A stretch of DNA of 63,561 bases, filler included, from Choristocarpus tenellus KU-1152 (taxonomy: Eukaryota > Protista > Phaeophyceae): the NCBI GenBank assembly GCA_964200185.2. It is 10 parts of 10 records of this genome, joined end to end, with 100 filler letters (N's around TTAATTAATTAA, not from the genome) between each part and the next. Parts side by side here need not be neighbours in the genome. Positions count along the whole stretch, not along the records: positions 10,481 to 16,175 come from CAXNAD020009984.1; positions 16,276 to 26,120 come from CAXNAD020003337.1; 8 more parts are not named here. One strand, given 5' to 3'. The position numbers and the translations under genes are program-made. Shown piece by piece: positions 10,740-23,514 of this stretch (position 1 is its first letter; each line of letters starts with the position of its first letter). The notes under the pieces are model-generated. The model saw nothing but the letters and a program-made list of their open reading frames with translations, was not told the origin of the DNA and ran no database searches.

Positions 10740-13700
10740 ACACTTAGACTGGGACAATGGATGCGATCTAGAAACAATAGGGAAGGCTCCCACGAGTCTG
10801 TTGAGTCCTGCCTTACCCACAGGTTCGGTTTTTTTCAGCTTTGAGTGCACAACACACCTTGAAATCTTCACTACTTGTTCTGTGACAGATACAATCTTCC
10901 ACAAGCATGCCTCCATTGCGCCCTTCCTGCTGTAACCCCCAACCCCCTTACCACCCACTACATACAACGTATGTATTTGCGTTTTATGTCCATACATATG
11001 GATGGAGATATAAAATTTGCTCGTCCCTCTCACATACGAACTACTAGTGGTGTACATATTATCGTAAGATAGTTATCTGCGTGTGTACGTTTGAAATCTC
11101 GGTGTCATTCACACAATCCAAACAACACAGTTAGTGTAGTTGTGCAACAACATGGAAATCAGATTAGTGCTCTTCACAGATGAAGAAGGAGTCGTGTACA
11201 TGCCTTCAGAGTACACGATTGACTCCAAATATTCGACAAGTCGCACACTTTCACAATTATTGCTAGTGAGGTGTATATTCTGATCGCCCTTGGCCAGTAC
11301 ATAGTGAGGAGTCTCCTTCCCGAACAACCTATATATTCAGGTATGGGTACAGTAGAATAAGGTACTTGCAATTGGATTTTAGCCACAAAATTTCAAAACT
11401 AAAATTGTGCCTACGCTTTCCACTCCTGCCATTACCTAACTACTTGTAGGAATACAAATGGCGCAGTTTCTTACTGTCGAATTGTTATGACAGTACCATC
11501 ATGCTAGAAAACGCTGTAGTACCTGAGGTTATCATTTACCGTACTTCCCGAACCTCTTGTTCTCATTATAGGTGGCTCTGGATACTTTTGGTTAGAACAT
11601 TTGTACGTCTTTTAGTCACTGCACCCAAACTAGTGGTGGCAGAGTTTTTGTTTTTGCATGGTGGTCCAAATGTATGCCCCTCTCTCAAAAGAAGTATTAT
11701 TCCACTTTGAGAAAAAGTAGCCTGGTATACACCACTACCAAGTCTCCTTGACTTGCTTTGTCCTTGTACAGTGAGTTATCTAAGAACCTTTTTTACTGTG
11801 CATTTCTGTAAGGGTGCAGAGCTATGGGAAATGAGAAGGCTTGGTACACAGAAAGAGTACTCACCAGACACAATATGCAACTGACAAAGCACCCATACCC
11901 ATTTTCAACAGTGACGGGTTCAGGGTTAATCTGCCTTATCGAGCCCTCGAGCTCCTTGCAACCCAGCTTGAATATTCTGCGCAAACGTAAAAACGTTGTG
12001 GCTACAGAGCAACAAAATGGGGCCTCTCAACACAGTGTGTGTGTGTGTGTGTGTTTGTTTCCCCCTTCTCCCACACAAGCCCCAATCAAGCCTCTAGCAG
12101 CGCACATTATTGGAGACGATAAGTACCACAATGCAACTACGTTATTAGTGCAAAGCCTTTGCAATTTTATACTCCAGTCCGAAAAACTCAACACCTATTT
12201 GTTTGCCTGTTCAGATATGTACTCAGGTCAGATTTCACATGTTGTGTAGCCGCTTGTCCGAAATATATCGGTACATGGATCTAGTATGGCAAAGGGTTCG
12301 TAGTTTTACTCTTTACGAACGGAAGAAATGACCCATAATATCTTAGAAGGGTTTAAAAATATCTAAACCATATTTTCTATCGAACCTACTCTCAGATCGT
12401 ATTATAGTATCGTGCTATGTATGCTCCATGACAGTTTTGTACCTCATAGTACTATGTGGGATGCCATGCGAGGAAAGAGGAAGGAGTCACAGCAAAAAAT
12501 GCTGTGGCGAGAAGGCAGCCCTTAGCCCTTACTAAGATTGAGGGCATGGTGGCTGGGGACTCTACACATTATACACACCCAATAACTATTTTTGGTCTGT
12601 TATTATACTTTCGTTGCTGTAATGGACCTACCCCTTACAATTTGTCAATCACAAAGGCGCAAAAGAGTTATATTACTAATACTCCACAGTAGTTTTAAGC
12701 CAAAGTATCTTGGAGGGTAGATCCGCGTCCATTTAATCCCAAGATCCAATGTTGCGATTTCGATATAATTTTGGTTATCGTGTTTGTTAGGACGTGTCAA
12801 TATCCTTGTTCCAGACACACCTTTTCATAACATACACATTTTCCCTACTTCAAAATATTCTGGAATAGGAAAATGTCATAAAAAAAAAAGGTGGGAAGCC
12901 AAGCCCCAAATGGACAAACAGGGCGAAACTCGTACCCTGTAAGATACTTTCACTATTTGCCAAAAGGTTAGGGGCTTTTATTGGGTCCAACTTTTCACAG
13001 CAAGACTCCCCAGAGTGTATCTAGCCCAGGAAGAAATTAGAGCATTCAACGCAAAACACATTGCGAGATTGTATCAGCTGTAGAAGGATGTGGTAGAATC
13101 CCTGCCAAATCGTGGTATCATATACCTATTCTGCAGAAAAATCCTCGGGACGTGTATTTCCCTTAGTGCATATCGCTAGTACATTCTCTGGGGTAGACAG
13201 TCTCCACTGGAAAACATTCCTTACATCGTGTCAGAGGTGGTGAAACTGATTTTTTTGTTTTAAAATTATTGTAGCATAGACAGAATTTGACTCAATGGTT
13301 ATAATGGAAAACCTTTCCCCGTGGGAATTTCGTGGATTCGAACTCCAGACTTCATTTTATCATGGAAAACTGATTTTGACTATCCAAACTCTATGTAGCA
13401 ACCACTACGGGTTGTATACCTGCACTGTTCTATCTGCAGCTGTACCAAAATAATGCCAGACTGAGAATGAGGTGGCAAGGCTTCATTAGTGAGAGAGACT
13501 GAGGCGGGTCCAGCACAAGCCTTGAGGGAGGAGGTAAAGCGATGAACAGTAGGATGACTCAAAGTATCTGGGAAGGGGTGGTGGCTGTCCATTTGGGGCC
13601 AATTTTTTTATGTCGGGATTTTTGGAGTGATTTGGTTGTACGCGTCGGATGGATAGTGTATGTGCACTTTTCCTGGTTATGACCCAAATGGATACCATGG

Positions 13701-15534
13701 TGTAGACTCCCCCCCCCCCCCCAGATACTTTGGGTCGATGGCCAAATCCAATACACGAGGAGCAAGGCATGGACGGATGCAGTATCATTAGTCATAATGT
13801 AACAGTTACTTGCAGTACTTAGAATGAGAAGTAGCGCAGTTTGTCATACCTCAACCTGCGGGTCAGGAGGTAGTCCACAAGCTGAAGAGAAGAAATAATA
13901 ATATTAGTAACAATATAGTTTAATAATACTGTACCAGAGTAATGCCCTATTCAACTGTGAGTGAACGCACAAAGTGATCAGTTAGCAGGCCCATGAACAA
14001 GTTAGGAATAGTCTGAAATAGACTGCGTCAACTGCTGTCATTCTCCGTGGACGGATAGGTGTCGTCACTTATAAGTGCCCGCTGTATAGCCTTCCTTGCC
14101 AAGTCCTGCATTGTTGGTAAAGTGTCAAACAGCATACTGCCATCATCTAACCTGCGTGGAAAAGAGGAGGAATGATAGCTGAAGTAATTGTCGGGAAGAG
14201 ACTACAGTTATTTCCGTTTCTAAGTATGACACACTTGAAAACCCTGCCAATTGCCTGTCTGTTGAGTCCAACCACAAATTCAGCACTATGGTGCTCACAA
14301 AAGGGTCTTGCAGGACTGGGAGGGTTTGTGGAACGTGAGACAAATAGCAGGGCTTTTAATTTATGAGTCAGAGCTTGTTAGAAGGTAGAGCTGTGTCCGT
14401 TTGGGGACCAATATCCAATGTTAAAATTTTGATGTAATTTTGGCTATTGTGTTTGTTAGGAAGTGTCAATATCCTTGTTCTGGACACATCTTTTCATAAC
14501 ATACACATTTTACCTACTTGGAGTAGGTAAAAAGTCATAAAAAATGGGAAACCAAGCCCCAAATGGACAAACAGCGGAAAACGCCTACCCTCTAGGATAC
14601 TTTCACTTATATACTGAGTACTAAGAACCTTGATCAAGGAAATTATCTAGGGAAAGGTTGTGGGGTCTTTTGCAACGTGGTTCTTGCACCTACTTGATCT
14701 CATTACACACATCGCTACCATTGCTCTGTGTGAATTAGTAATCCTATGTTGTTCCTGTTTTTGTTTTGTTCTTTTGTTTCAAACATACGACATTTGCTAA
14801 GAGATGTGGATTTGAGCTTTGTTATATCTTATGAGCGCAAACAATACAGGTGCTTAAAACAAGATGAATCTTCAAATCAAGCCAAACATACTCTATCGAT
14901 ACTATTGACTTGCTAGAATAGTAGCTCGAGGAAGGTGCTATGGGTACCACACATACAGAGAGTCAAACAGCAAGACACTTGATGTCTCAAGAAGTCTCCC
15001 ATTTGAGCTCATAGATTTGCAGATAAGGTCTAAGTGATGGAGGTATACTGGGCACTCTATAAAAACACCCATAAGCCTCAACATTTGGTCCACCCACACA
15101 GATAGTTTCATATTCAGTACTAGTGGCCACCCATTGGTTTATACACTGCAGGGGATGTATTCTCAAGAGCAGAGAACAAAATATTGCTAGTGGAGAATTG
15201 AATATCACTAGTGGTTGACAAATCCTCAGAGCTGACCTGTCTGAGTTTCCCTGATGTTTTGATATTGCAATGCTCTCAAATTATTGCCAATTTATGATCA
15301 ATCACTTTATAGGGGATACATATCACATCACTGCCCTTGGATTTATGGTAAAATTATAGACTCCCAAGCCATACTTATGACACAATGAAAGGAACAAAAC
15401 CCCAAAAACCTTGAAGGTGTGGATGGCTTCCAGAAGTGACGGAGAGCCTCAATGTACTGAGTTCCTGCATCCACCAGTGCCTCTATCTCAGGAGGTGAGA
15501 CAATGGATCGCCAGAGAGGACGACCTTGAAACAA
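10740..15534 (-). CDS. Scattered putative exons of unknown gene(s)
   Basis: AG/GT-bounded open segments, e.g. ~15412-15534 (LFQGRPLWRSIVSPPEIEALVDAGTQYIEALRHFW), ~14028-14152 (LDDGSMLFDTLPTMQDLARKAIQRAL...stop), ~11865-11990, ~13420-13550. No homology recognised. Confidence 0.3.
12697..12955 (-). mobile_element. MITE family A copy (reverse orientation)
   Basis: AAGCCAAAGTATCTTGGAGGGTAG...TAAGATACTTTCACTA; flanks TTTT/TTTG. Confidence 0.9.
13556..13736 (+). mobile_element. MITE family B, complete copy (~180 bp)
   Basis: GACTCAAAGTATCTGGG...CCCAGATACTTTGGGTC TIRs, subterminal GTCCATTTGG/CCAAATGGA, TSD GAT/GAT. Confidence 0.88.
14365..14608 (-). mobile_element. MITE family A copy (reverse, diverged, central hairpin partly deleted)
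   Basis: Colinear with the family consensus; ends TAGGATACTTTCACTT. Confidence 0.88.
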
Positions 15535-15993
15535 CTGCAGAGGCCCATATATTGCAGGTTACAAGAACACAGTAAGTTCAGAGGGAGGCGATTTTCCTAT
15601 TATCTGAAGACTGTAGAGATGATCTATAGATACAAGGAGATCTCTTCCTAGGAAAATGTGTGGTCAGACACGAAAAGGTGGGGTTTTGTGATAGGGAGAG
15701 GTGACATAGCTGGCTGGTCGGTTGACAGAAAGAAGGAGTTCCCTACTCAAGGTGGGCCCTCTCGAGCTCTGTTGGGGAAGCGAGGTCATCCAATCAAAGA
15801 TCGAGTGTTAAATAAAGAAAAAACACTCGATGACACACCGTAGTATGTCATTGGTATGTGTTGCAAGTTCCTCCCTTTTTGCTATTTTTTCTCACAACGA
15901 ACTGAATAATTTCTCTAGCAGTATTTGTTCCTTCTATAAACATTTCTTCTTCTTTTTTGTCAAATGTCAGACTTCACTTTTTTTTTCACTTGA

Positions 15994-16175
15994 GGCTCAA
16001 CATATCTGTGGGGGGGGGGTGGTGGCTGTCCATTTGGGACCAATTTTTCCATATCGCGATTTTTGGGGTGATTTGGTTCCATACATTGGATGGATAATGA
16101 AAGTGCACTTTTCCTGGTTTCGGTCCAAATGGACACTCTGGTGGAGACCCCCCCCCCCCCCCCCCCCCCACCCTC
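15994..16175 (+). mobile_element. MITE family B copy, truncated at contig end in poly-C
   Basis: Colinear with 13556-13736. Confidence 0.85.
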
Positions 16176-16275
16176 NNNNNNNNNNNNNNNNNNNNNNNNN
16201 NNNNNNNNNNNNNNNNNNNTTAATTAATTAANNNNNNNNNNNNNNNNNNNNNNNNNNNNNNNNNNNNNNNNNNNN

Positions 16276-19200
16276 CGCCCCCCCCAGCCCGCCACTTTTT
16301 ACCCCCACCTCTCCCTCCATACCTGCCCCTGCTTTTGCCCCTGTATTCTTACACACCTTGCTTCCCCTCAAACCCGGAGATGCAGTTGCATGCTCGGAAG
16401 TATTTACACCCTCTGATGCAGTAAACCTTTGCGTGGACTGGGCACCTACGGCTGTACCAGCGACATGCACCACATCTGAGGCACTCTCCACTGCTGTAGA
16501 TGACACACAAGTCTTGGAAGGACTAGCGGCATCACCGCATTGTGAATGGAGCTTGGTTCGGGGTACGCCCTCTGTCCCTCTAGCAAACCCTCGGGAGGAA
16601 ACGTTCACAGACCCCTCTACCATCATCCTATGGAAGCTGTTGTCCGCCCCAATGCTGTCCACAAGGGACAAGGCCTTCCTCTCAGGCTTCAAAACCTCAC
16701 CAGTTACAGAGCTTGAGGTAACATCCATGTCCTCTAGTGGAGCTGTCACAGCCTGCTTCTCCTGTCCCTTCGGTTCCAGTCCTGTCCCTTGCCCCTGTCC
16801 AAATGTGCCATCCTTTTGGTAACGGGACTCATGAGAGACCTTGAATCCTTCTGACAAAGAACCAGGGCACAACAAACCTTCCGCATTCCCTTCAAAAAGT
16901 TTTGACTTGCCTTCCGTTGAAGCTATCTGTCCAGCTACTGCCCCCCTGCCTTGCTCGTCCAAAGAAAATATCGCCTTTCTTGTCTCCTCCCCAAAGGATA
17001 ACAATGCCTTCCCTTCACTGGCACCATTCCAGCCCCCACAGTCTGCTACTCCTTCGCCTCCTGCATACCGCGGAACTCTTTGGTCGGGTTCAGGTAGAAG
17101 GTCATCCCTGCTACCCTCCTCCCCCCCCTCACCACCACAACCGACCAGTCCTCTAAAGCTTTGAAAGCTCGAGGATGACGTTAAATCAATCGCTAATTCC
17201 TTGGGAATAACATCCACCTCTGATGTGCCCCTGACCAACCTGCCCCCGAGAGAGTGGCAGCCATCTCCTGCTCCAGCCCCAGGAGGTACAGGTACACGAC
17301 CAGAACTCTCCCTATTCCTGTTCTGAGTGGGACATTGGTCTACTTGCAGTTCTGCCCGCCTTGTACCAGACCCGTCCAGCCCTACTTCTGTGCACGACCT
17401 TGCTTGAACGTGCGATTTCTTGACTCTTACCAACGGTTTTTCCACCTCCCCACTGGCAGGCACTCCCTTCCTCTTTCCCACAAAATCTCTGGTTGCTTCT
17501 CCTGTGCCTGATGGTGGCCTAGCTGCAGGAGCAGAGGGAGAGGCGTTCTCAAAGGTGTAGGCGAGGTACAGCACTTCTGTCTCAAAGAGAACCGCCTGTA
17601 TGGTGGCAGGAAGGGACCGTACCAGTGCAAGCAGGCCCTCACCGCTCTGTGTCGCAGTCCATATCAACGACTGACTGCTAGCCTTTCCGTCGCCCTTTCC
17701 AGATGCATACTTCCTGCTTTGAGCTTCCTGATGCTTCTCCTCCTCGAATATGATCCTAATGTTGGCGAGGTCACTATATTCCACGTTTTTCCACTTCGAT
17801 ACCAGGTGTTTGAAAATTGCATCGATGCGCTTCGTGAGCTGAGGCAGGAAGGCAGGAAGGCAGGAAGGCAGGCAAGCAGGTAAAGTCAGTTTCTGTGAGG
17901 TTTAGATCAGCACTCGAAATATATCGTAAGTGGAATGCATAAAAATAGTAAATACAAAAATAGTAGCTACCATGAGGTTTAGATCAGGTCGCAAAACATA
18001 TCAGAAGTGGAATGCATATGAAATCGTAATTACAGAAAATAATACTCAGCACAAATTAATTCAGGCTAGGTAGAAGAGGCTGCAACGTGCAATGGCATGG
18101 AGAGGAAAAAATGGGGACATAAATCAATTCCAGTTGTGATTCAGCTTGGAAGAAACTATGCATGCCTTCGTCCCCCGAATTCTCCTCAATCTAACACACT
18201 TAAAATCCTCCTTCACTCACTGGGGTCTTTATCTGCAGGTGTGGATTATACCCTGCGGTGGTAACCTTGGCCTTTGTCGCCTCATCCCTAGGCACCAGCC
18301 TTAAGGCAATCTTCCTTGGCTTGAAGGAGGTTGATCCATCCAAATCTACGGAGAATTCTCCCCCTTCTTCAGGAAAGGTTCCACTCTGATCCCCGTGGCT
18401 CGGAGAAGAAAACTTGTGAACACCAGCCAGGGCAGCAGGTGTGCCAGGGCGATCAGGGATCTCCTTGGGGGGTGGCGGAGAGGAGGAAGCTGAAGCAGGG
18501 TGGGCTTGCAGAATCCCCCCTGTTGTATCTGGGGAGCAACTCCAGCCCACAGATTGGGCCTGTCCCTTGCCTGTTTCCTTTGCTGTTGCATTTGAAATCT
18601 TGGCCTTTTTTGTCATCCTTGTCATCCTTGTCCCAGATGTGGTGAATGGCGACAGAGCAGCTTGTTCTGCAGTCCGTCGCATAGTCAAAGGCTGTACTAA
18701 TTGTGCATTCAGCATGTTCACAGGGTTGGCAAGAGGCCTGGGGAGGATGAAACCGCCAGGCATGGTTGCAGTTGGGTTGGGGTTCCTTTGGGGATCTGCC
18801 GGTGCCCTCTTGGCACCCCTCTTTGCCTTAGTGGAATCCTTTTTTAACCTTCTTGGTGGTACCTCAGTCCTATGTGCACTAGCAGCAGGAGATGGATGAC
18901 CAGTGACCCCTAGTCCACCTGCCTGTACAGCAACTAGCCTTGCTCTCTCTTGAGGCGACAAAACATCACCAACGATGGGTTTGGGGTCAGTTTTGCCTCC
19001 ACTGTTGGCCAAGACATCTTGTCCATGAGGAGCTATTTGTCCGTTCCCTGTATCTCTAGCTTTTCCTACACCCTCAATTAAGGACTGTTCACCTGCTTCT
19101 ACTCCTGCCTCACCCTCACAAGTAAGTACCGGAACTTCAGCATTCTTTTCCTTAACAATGGAGCTGGCAGAAGTGGAGCCTGGATTGGAGACAGCTGGGG

Positions 19201-20044
19201 GGGGTAATATAGCTCCCCATGGGCAAGTGGACGTTGCAAGGTCTGGTAATGAAGTGGAAGACTGGGACACATCCCCCCTTTCGAATACCATGTTGGCAAA
19301 TACGTGTGTGTGGACTGTTTCTGCAGCAAGGAGCTCCAGCGCATCCTTGCCAAGGACAGACTCTCCTGGTGCTTCAACGTCCATATTTGCGCAATCTCCT
19401 GCATTAATATCACCTGGGTTCACGCTGGAATTATCACTAGTATCGCTGATAGTGACCACAGCAGCGGTAGTGGCAGAGGCATCGTCCCCTGCACAAGGTT
19501 CCCTTGTAAGTCTATCTGTACTCCCGCCTTTCGCCTCGACTTTACCCTGGCATTGTCCAATCTGCGTTCTAGTCGATAAGACTGATCGTCCCGTAACTCC
19601 TAAGCCTGCTGTCGCCTTAGCTACTGTTGGGCCTTCCTCATTCTCCATACCAACCTTGCTCGGCAACTCACGACGATCACCGTCATCACCACTATCGGCA
19701 AGTGAAGAATCAATTGCAGTCCCACACTTTTCTCGTCCTAGTCTACACTGGTCCTGTCTGTGGGCATGAGCTGTACATAGCGGGGATACTGCACAGGCAC
19801 CATTTAATGTGGAGTCAGCATGTCGCCAGGGACTGCCTAACGCGATGCCTCCCGTTGTATTCTTTGTCGTGTCTGGTTTCTTTTGACTGACACCATTTCC
19901 TTGAGATGAAGATGCGGAATCGGTTGCCACCGCGAAGAAGCTGTTCTCCGAGACGTGTAATAGGTCCTCTGCACCTGAGGACGATAAATGACGGCATGTA
20001 GCGTTTTCACTAGGCTTAATACTGGACTGGCCAACGTACAACAC
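16276..20044 (-). CDS. Cramped/TKI1-like nuclear protein, partial; exons 20044-18221 and 17838-<16276
   Basis: 614-aa and ~500-aa ORFs joined in phase 0 by a GT-AG intron (18220-17839). The junction reads KIALRLVPRDEATKAKVTTAGYNPHLQIKTP|LTKRIDAIFKHLVSKWK, resembling the conserved 'L.L.P......G.NP.L.L....K.I..V..HL..KW' motif of CRAMP1/TKI1 proteins. Confidence 0.7.
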
Positions 20045-22059
20045 CTTAAGAGACGAGGGGAAATGTAAAGAGAAAGTCTACCAATGCAGCAACTCATTAT
20101 TGGGGTCGTTGTCAAGAGCACGACTATTCAACTGATAGAATTGTTGATTGTAGTACTCCGTATTCAAGTGATAGCTTTCTGACGAAGGTAAAAGGGTAGA
20201 GTCACTCAAGCTGTGGATGTAGGTTTTGAGTTTATATGGGAAGGTGGCGGGAGTATCCCTTGCATCAATTATGAGTTCGCAAGTGTCATTTCCCAAACCA
20301 AATGAAACTACCCACCCTCATAAAGGGCATCTCCTAGCCCAACCAAGGAGAAGCCGTCGCAGGCCACATCCTGCATCTCGGAAGGCCCCACAACCTGTCC
20401 ACTGTCTGGTTCCCTCAATCGTGTAAGGTACAGTGTGATCTGATTTGTGATTCAAATTGGCAACTACGAATGCGCGCGCTCGCGGGAACGGTTTCGTCAA
20501 TTGTGGAGCGGTATATTTCAATACAACAAAAACTCATAACGGATTGTTAAGATTGCTCACACTACATACTGCCTACCAACCAACGCCAATGGAAAACCTA
20601 ACCAAAATCATGGTACAACCCACTTCACCAATAGTGTTAATAGTATCTTTCTCGTAAATACTGTAGTTGTGATTGTACTTTGGTTTCCTTACCCTAATGT
20701 TAGAGCTAATCATGCTATGAAGTAGCCACACATAGTAAGAGATAAGTACGTATTAGGTTACCGACGTGTTGTTGGCCTCTCCTCTACTGGCATGGGACAA
20801 AATGACCATGATTGTATCATAATTGGGAGTCCCTCCCAACCAAAGGACTGCGCAACATATAGAAGGTTGACATCCGTTGCATGTGTGAAAATAGATAATG
20901 TGCAAGATATTGATTGGACTTTCAACTTGTTGCCTGCCATTTGTTTCCACAGGGGTGTAAAAAAGTAGCAATGCCTCTACAATCTTTTGTGAAGGTTTGA
21001 TTGGTAGAGATACACCAATTTTCTGAAGTACATTGGCAGTTGTGTTGGTAGTTGAGCATAAGTGCTCTTTTCTCCTTCAAGTACACTGGGTAGTTGGGAC
21101 CTACTGTCTACTACAGCACGTATCATAATGCTGGTATTGTTGAAGACCTACCTGTGGGTAAAGAATGATGCTCACATTAATTAAGTGCAGTACAATGCGG
21201 ATGAGGATCATGCTTGGACCGAAACACGGAACGATTGAAACAGATATGCGTAAGATTACACACAAGGAAATATGTTTCTTGAGATCCATCATCCGGAATA
21301 TTTTTGAGACAGTACCATTATGCAACCTTGAACTAGGATAGCAGGTGCTGAACATGGCAATCACCGCAACGCTCAAAATCGGGTGGTGTTGTTAGATGAC
21401 ATGGCCAGCGAAGGGCACAGCTCCTCCCACGCATTTCAAAAAGGAACAATGGGGGGTAGTGGTTTTAGGTGCCGTAACTTGCTTTCTCACATTCTCTTCA
21501 AGGAGGAACACAGGCAGGACTATGGGCAGGGACGGGACGGTTCTTTTAGGAAATAAAGCACCATTAGAAGTCCACAGCTTTCTGCCTCCAAGACAACAGT
21601 GGGGATCCACTTTACCTTGAGTGCAGCTTGCAAATCTCATACCAACCAAAACACAGGACTGGAAGGGTGTAGACCCCACATCAGTCTGCTTGCCATCAGC
21701 CAAAAAATCGATAAATAAATATATATATATATATATATATGTATTTGCACCAAAATCTCACATGAGATTTTATCTTTGTATATTACCTTATGCACCCACA
21801 GTACATCCACACAGGGTGAACTCGAGCAACATGGGCCTAAGTCAGGAAGTGCCACCCAACATGAAGTAATCAACTGAAGGGAAACGTAGACATAGCCATA
21901 TAGATGCATCCCATAGACTGTGAGAGGCAGTAGTTGAGGGGAGGCTAATTACCAGCTGCAAATATGTGCACGCATCCTTTCCTAGCAACAGTTGGGTCGT
22001 GTACAAGGAGACACAGGGAAATTGCCACTGGAGAGTGGTACATAAGGAGTCAGCAACAC

Positions 22060-23000
22060 CTACGAGCTCTCCTCCAGCTTTGTGATCCTCTCACTCAGCT
22101 CTGTGTGACTCTTCTTGACAGCTGCTAACAGTGTTGCTGTTGAGCCCTCTACTTCCTGTGTAATGCAGGTGTAGCGGGGAAAACGGATGTCAGTGGTGTG
22201 TTCCATCCTTGGCAGGTTCTTGTGAGTTTTTTTTTTGAAGCCCTCAATTAGATCAGATCAGTACAGCATTGTGAAAGAACCTCCATACATTCTAGCCGTG
22301 ACACGTGCGCAAACACTCTTCAATGAAAAAGTGATGGTGCCCTTTGCATAAGTCACCCACATTCAAGGGCAGGGCATGGGTCATGACAAGCGAGTATATT
22401 CTGGCTAGGGATACCCACAGTCAGATCTCACAAAAACGTCCCGGAGGTGTCAAGTATATAACCACAAAACCTTACCTTCTTCCTACCTAGAGGCCGCAAT
22501 CGTCAATTCTGAGTAATCTAGTTCACTTATCACCTGACTAGAGCGTTGAAATCAAAGAAGAGTGCATTTTTCAGCACAGAAAGAAATCCAGACGGTCTTC
22601 AATTCTGCATGTCTCCAACGCCTACAGGTCTGCCACCCCCGCCCCTCAAAAACCTCAGGGAGTGGACCAAGACATTGATCAACCCAGTCCATTTTCCAAT
22701 GAAGCCAGCGACGTATATAGCAACTGGGATCACAGCACGAATAGGCATTAAACGACGAATATTACACATGCAGACCCGAGAACTGGCTTGCCTTTGTCAA
22801 ATGGTAATAACCCATTCCGCTCCCGACTCCAAGTCCAACCAGGAAGGAGGACAACCGCTGCATGAGGGAGGAACCAGTCTTTGCGGGAGGAGCTACTGCT
22901 GTAGTAGGCTTCTGTGCATCTGCCGACATGAGTCGCACAGGAAATTTTGTAGGTCCTGCTCGCCGCAAACCCCTGGAAACGTTGGTTTGAGCAGCAGCAG
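22060..23000 (-). CDS. Small single-pass membrane protein with C-terminal coiled coil, possibly mitochondrial; exons ~23000-22792 and 22155-22060; start uncertain
   Basis: RGLRRAGPTKFPVRLMSADAQK...QRLSSFLVGLGVGSGMGYYHLTK|EVEGSTATLLAAVKKSHTELSERITKLEESS*; phase-0 GC-AG intron. Confidence 0.65.
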
Positions 23001-23514
23001 TATCTCGATGAGGATGAGAAGAAACGGCCAAGCCACAAGGGGAGGGAGGGGTTGCAACATCCCCGTCAATACTTGAACTCAGCGAGCACCACCGACTATT
23101 GGGATAAAGAGAAAGAAGATCATGATCACCACAATAGATGTCTGCAACCTTTCCCTTTTCTTGCTCTTTGCCGTCTGCAACATGAAGTTCTCGACTACAG
23201 CATCCCAAGTGAGTTTAACCACATTTACACCTTGTGCCATTTTCACATCACCTTGCACTTAAGACCCCCACAACTCTATTTAATGCGAAAGAAGATGCCA
23301 TTGTCTTTTGTCCCCGCCAATAGGATGCTGCGAGGGGCAGAGATCCACCTGGCAGACCTCAGGTCACTTCTAAGTTTACTTTTGTTGATCTCCTCTATCT
23401 CAACACAAACTAACAAAGCAATGACATTTTCGACCGACGCCTTCTCCATTTGTGGAGTGTAGATTATTGTTGCCAAACAGAGTAGATAACCAGTGCTTGA
23501 CAACAACGTAAATC

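Noticed and set aside
16358-19890. Long plus-strand ORFs (up to 203 aa)
   Set aside because: Antisense shadows of the large minus-strand exons.
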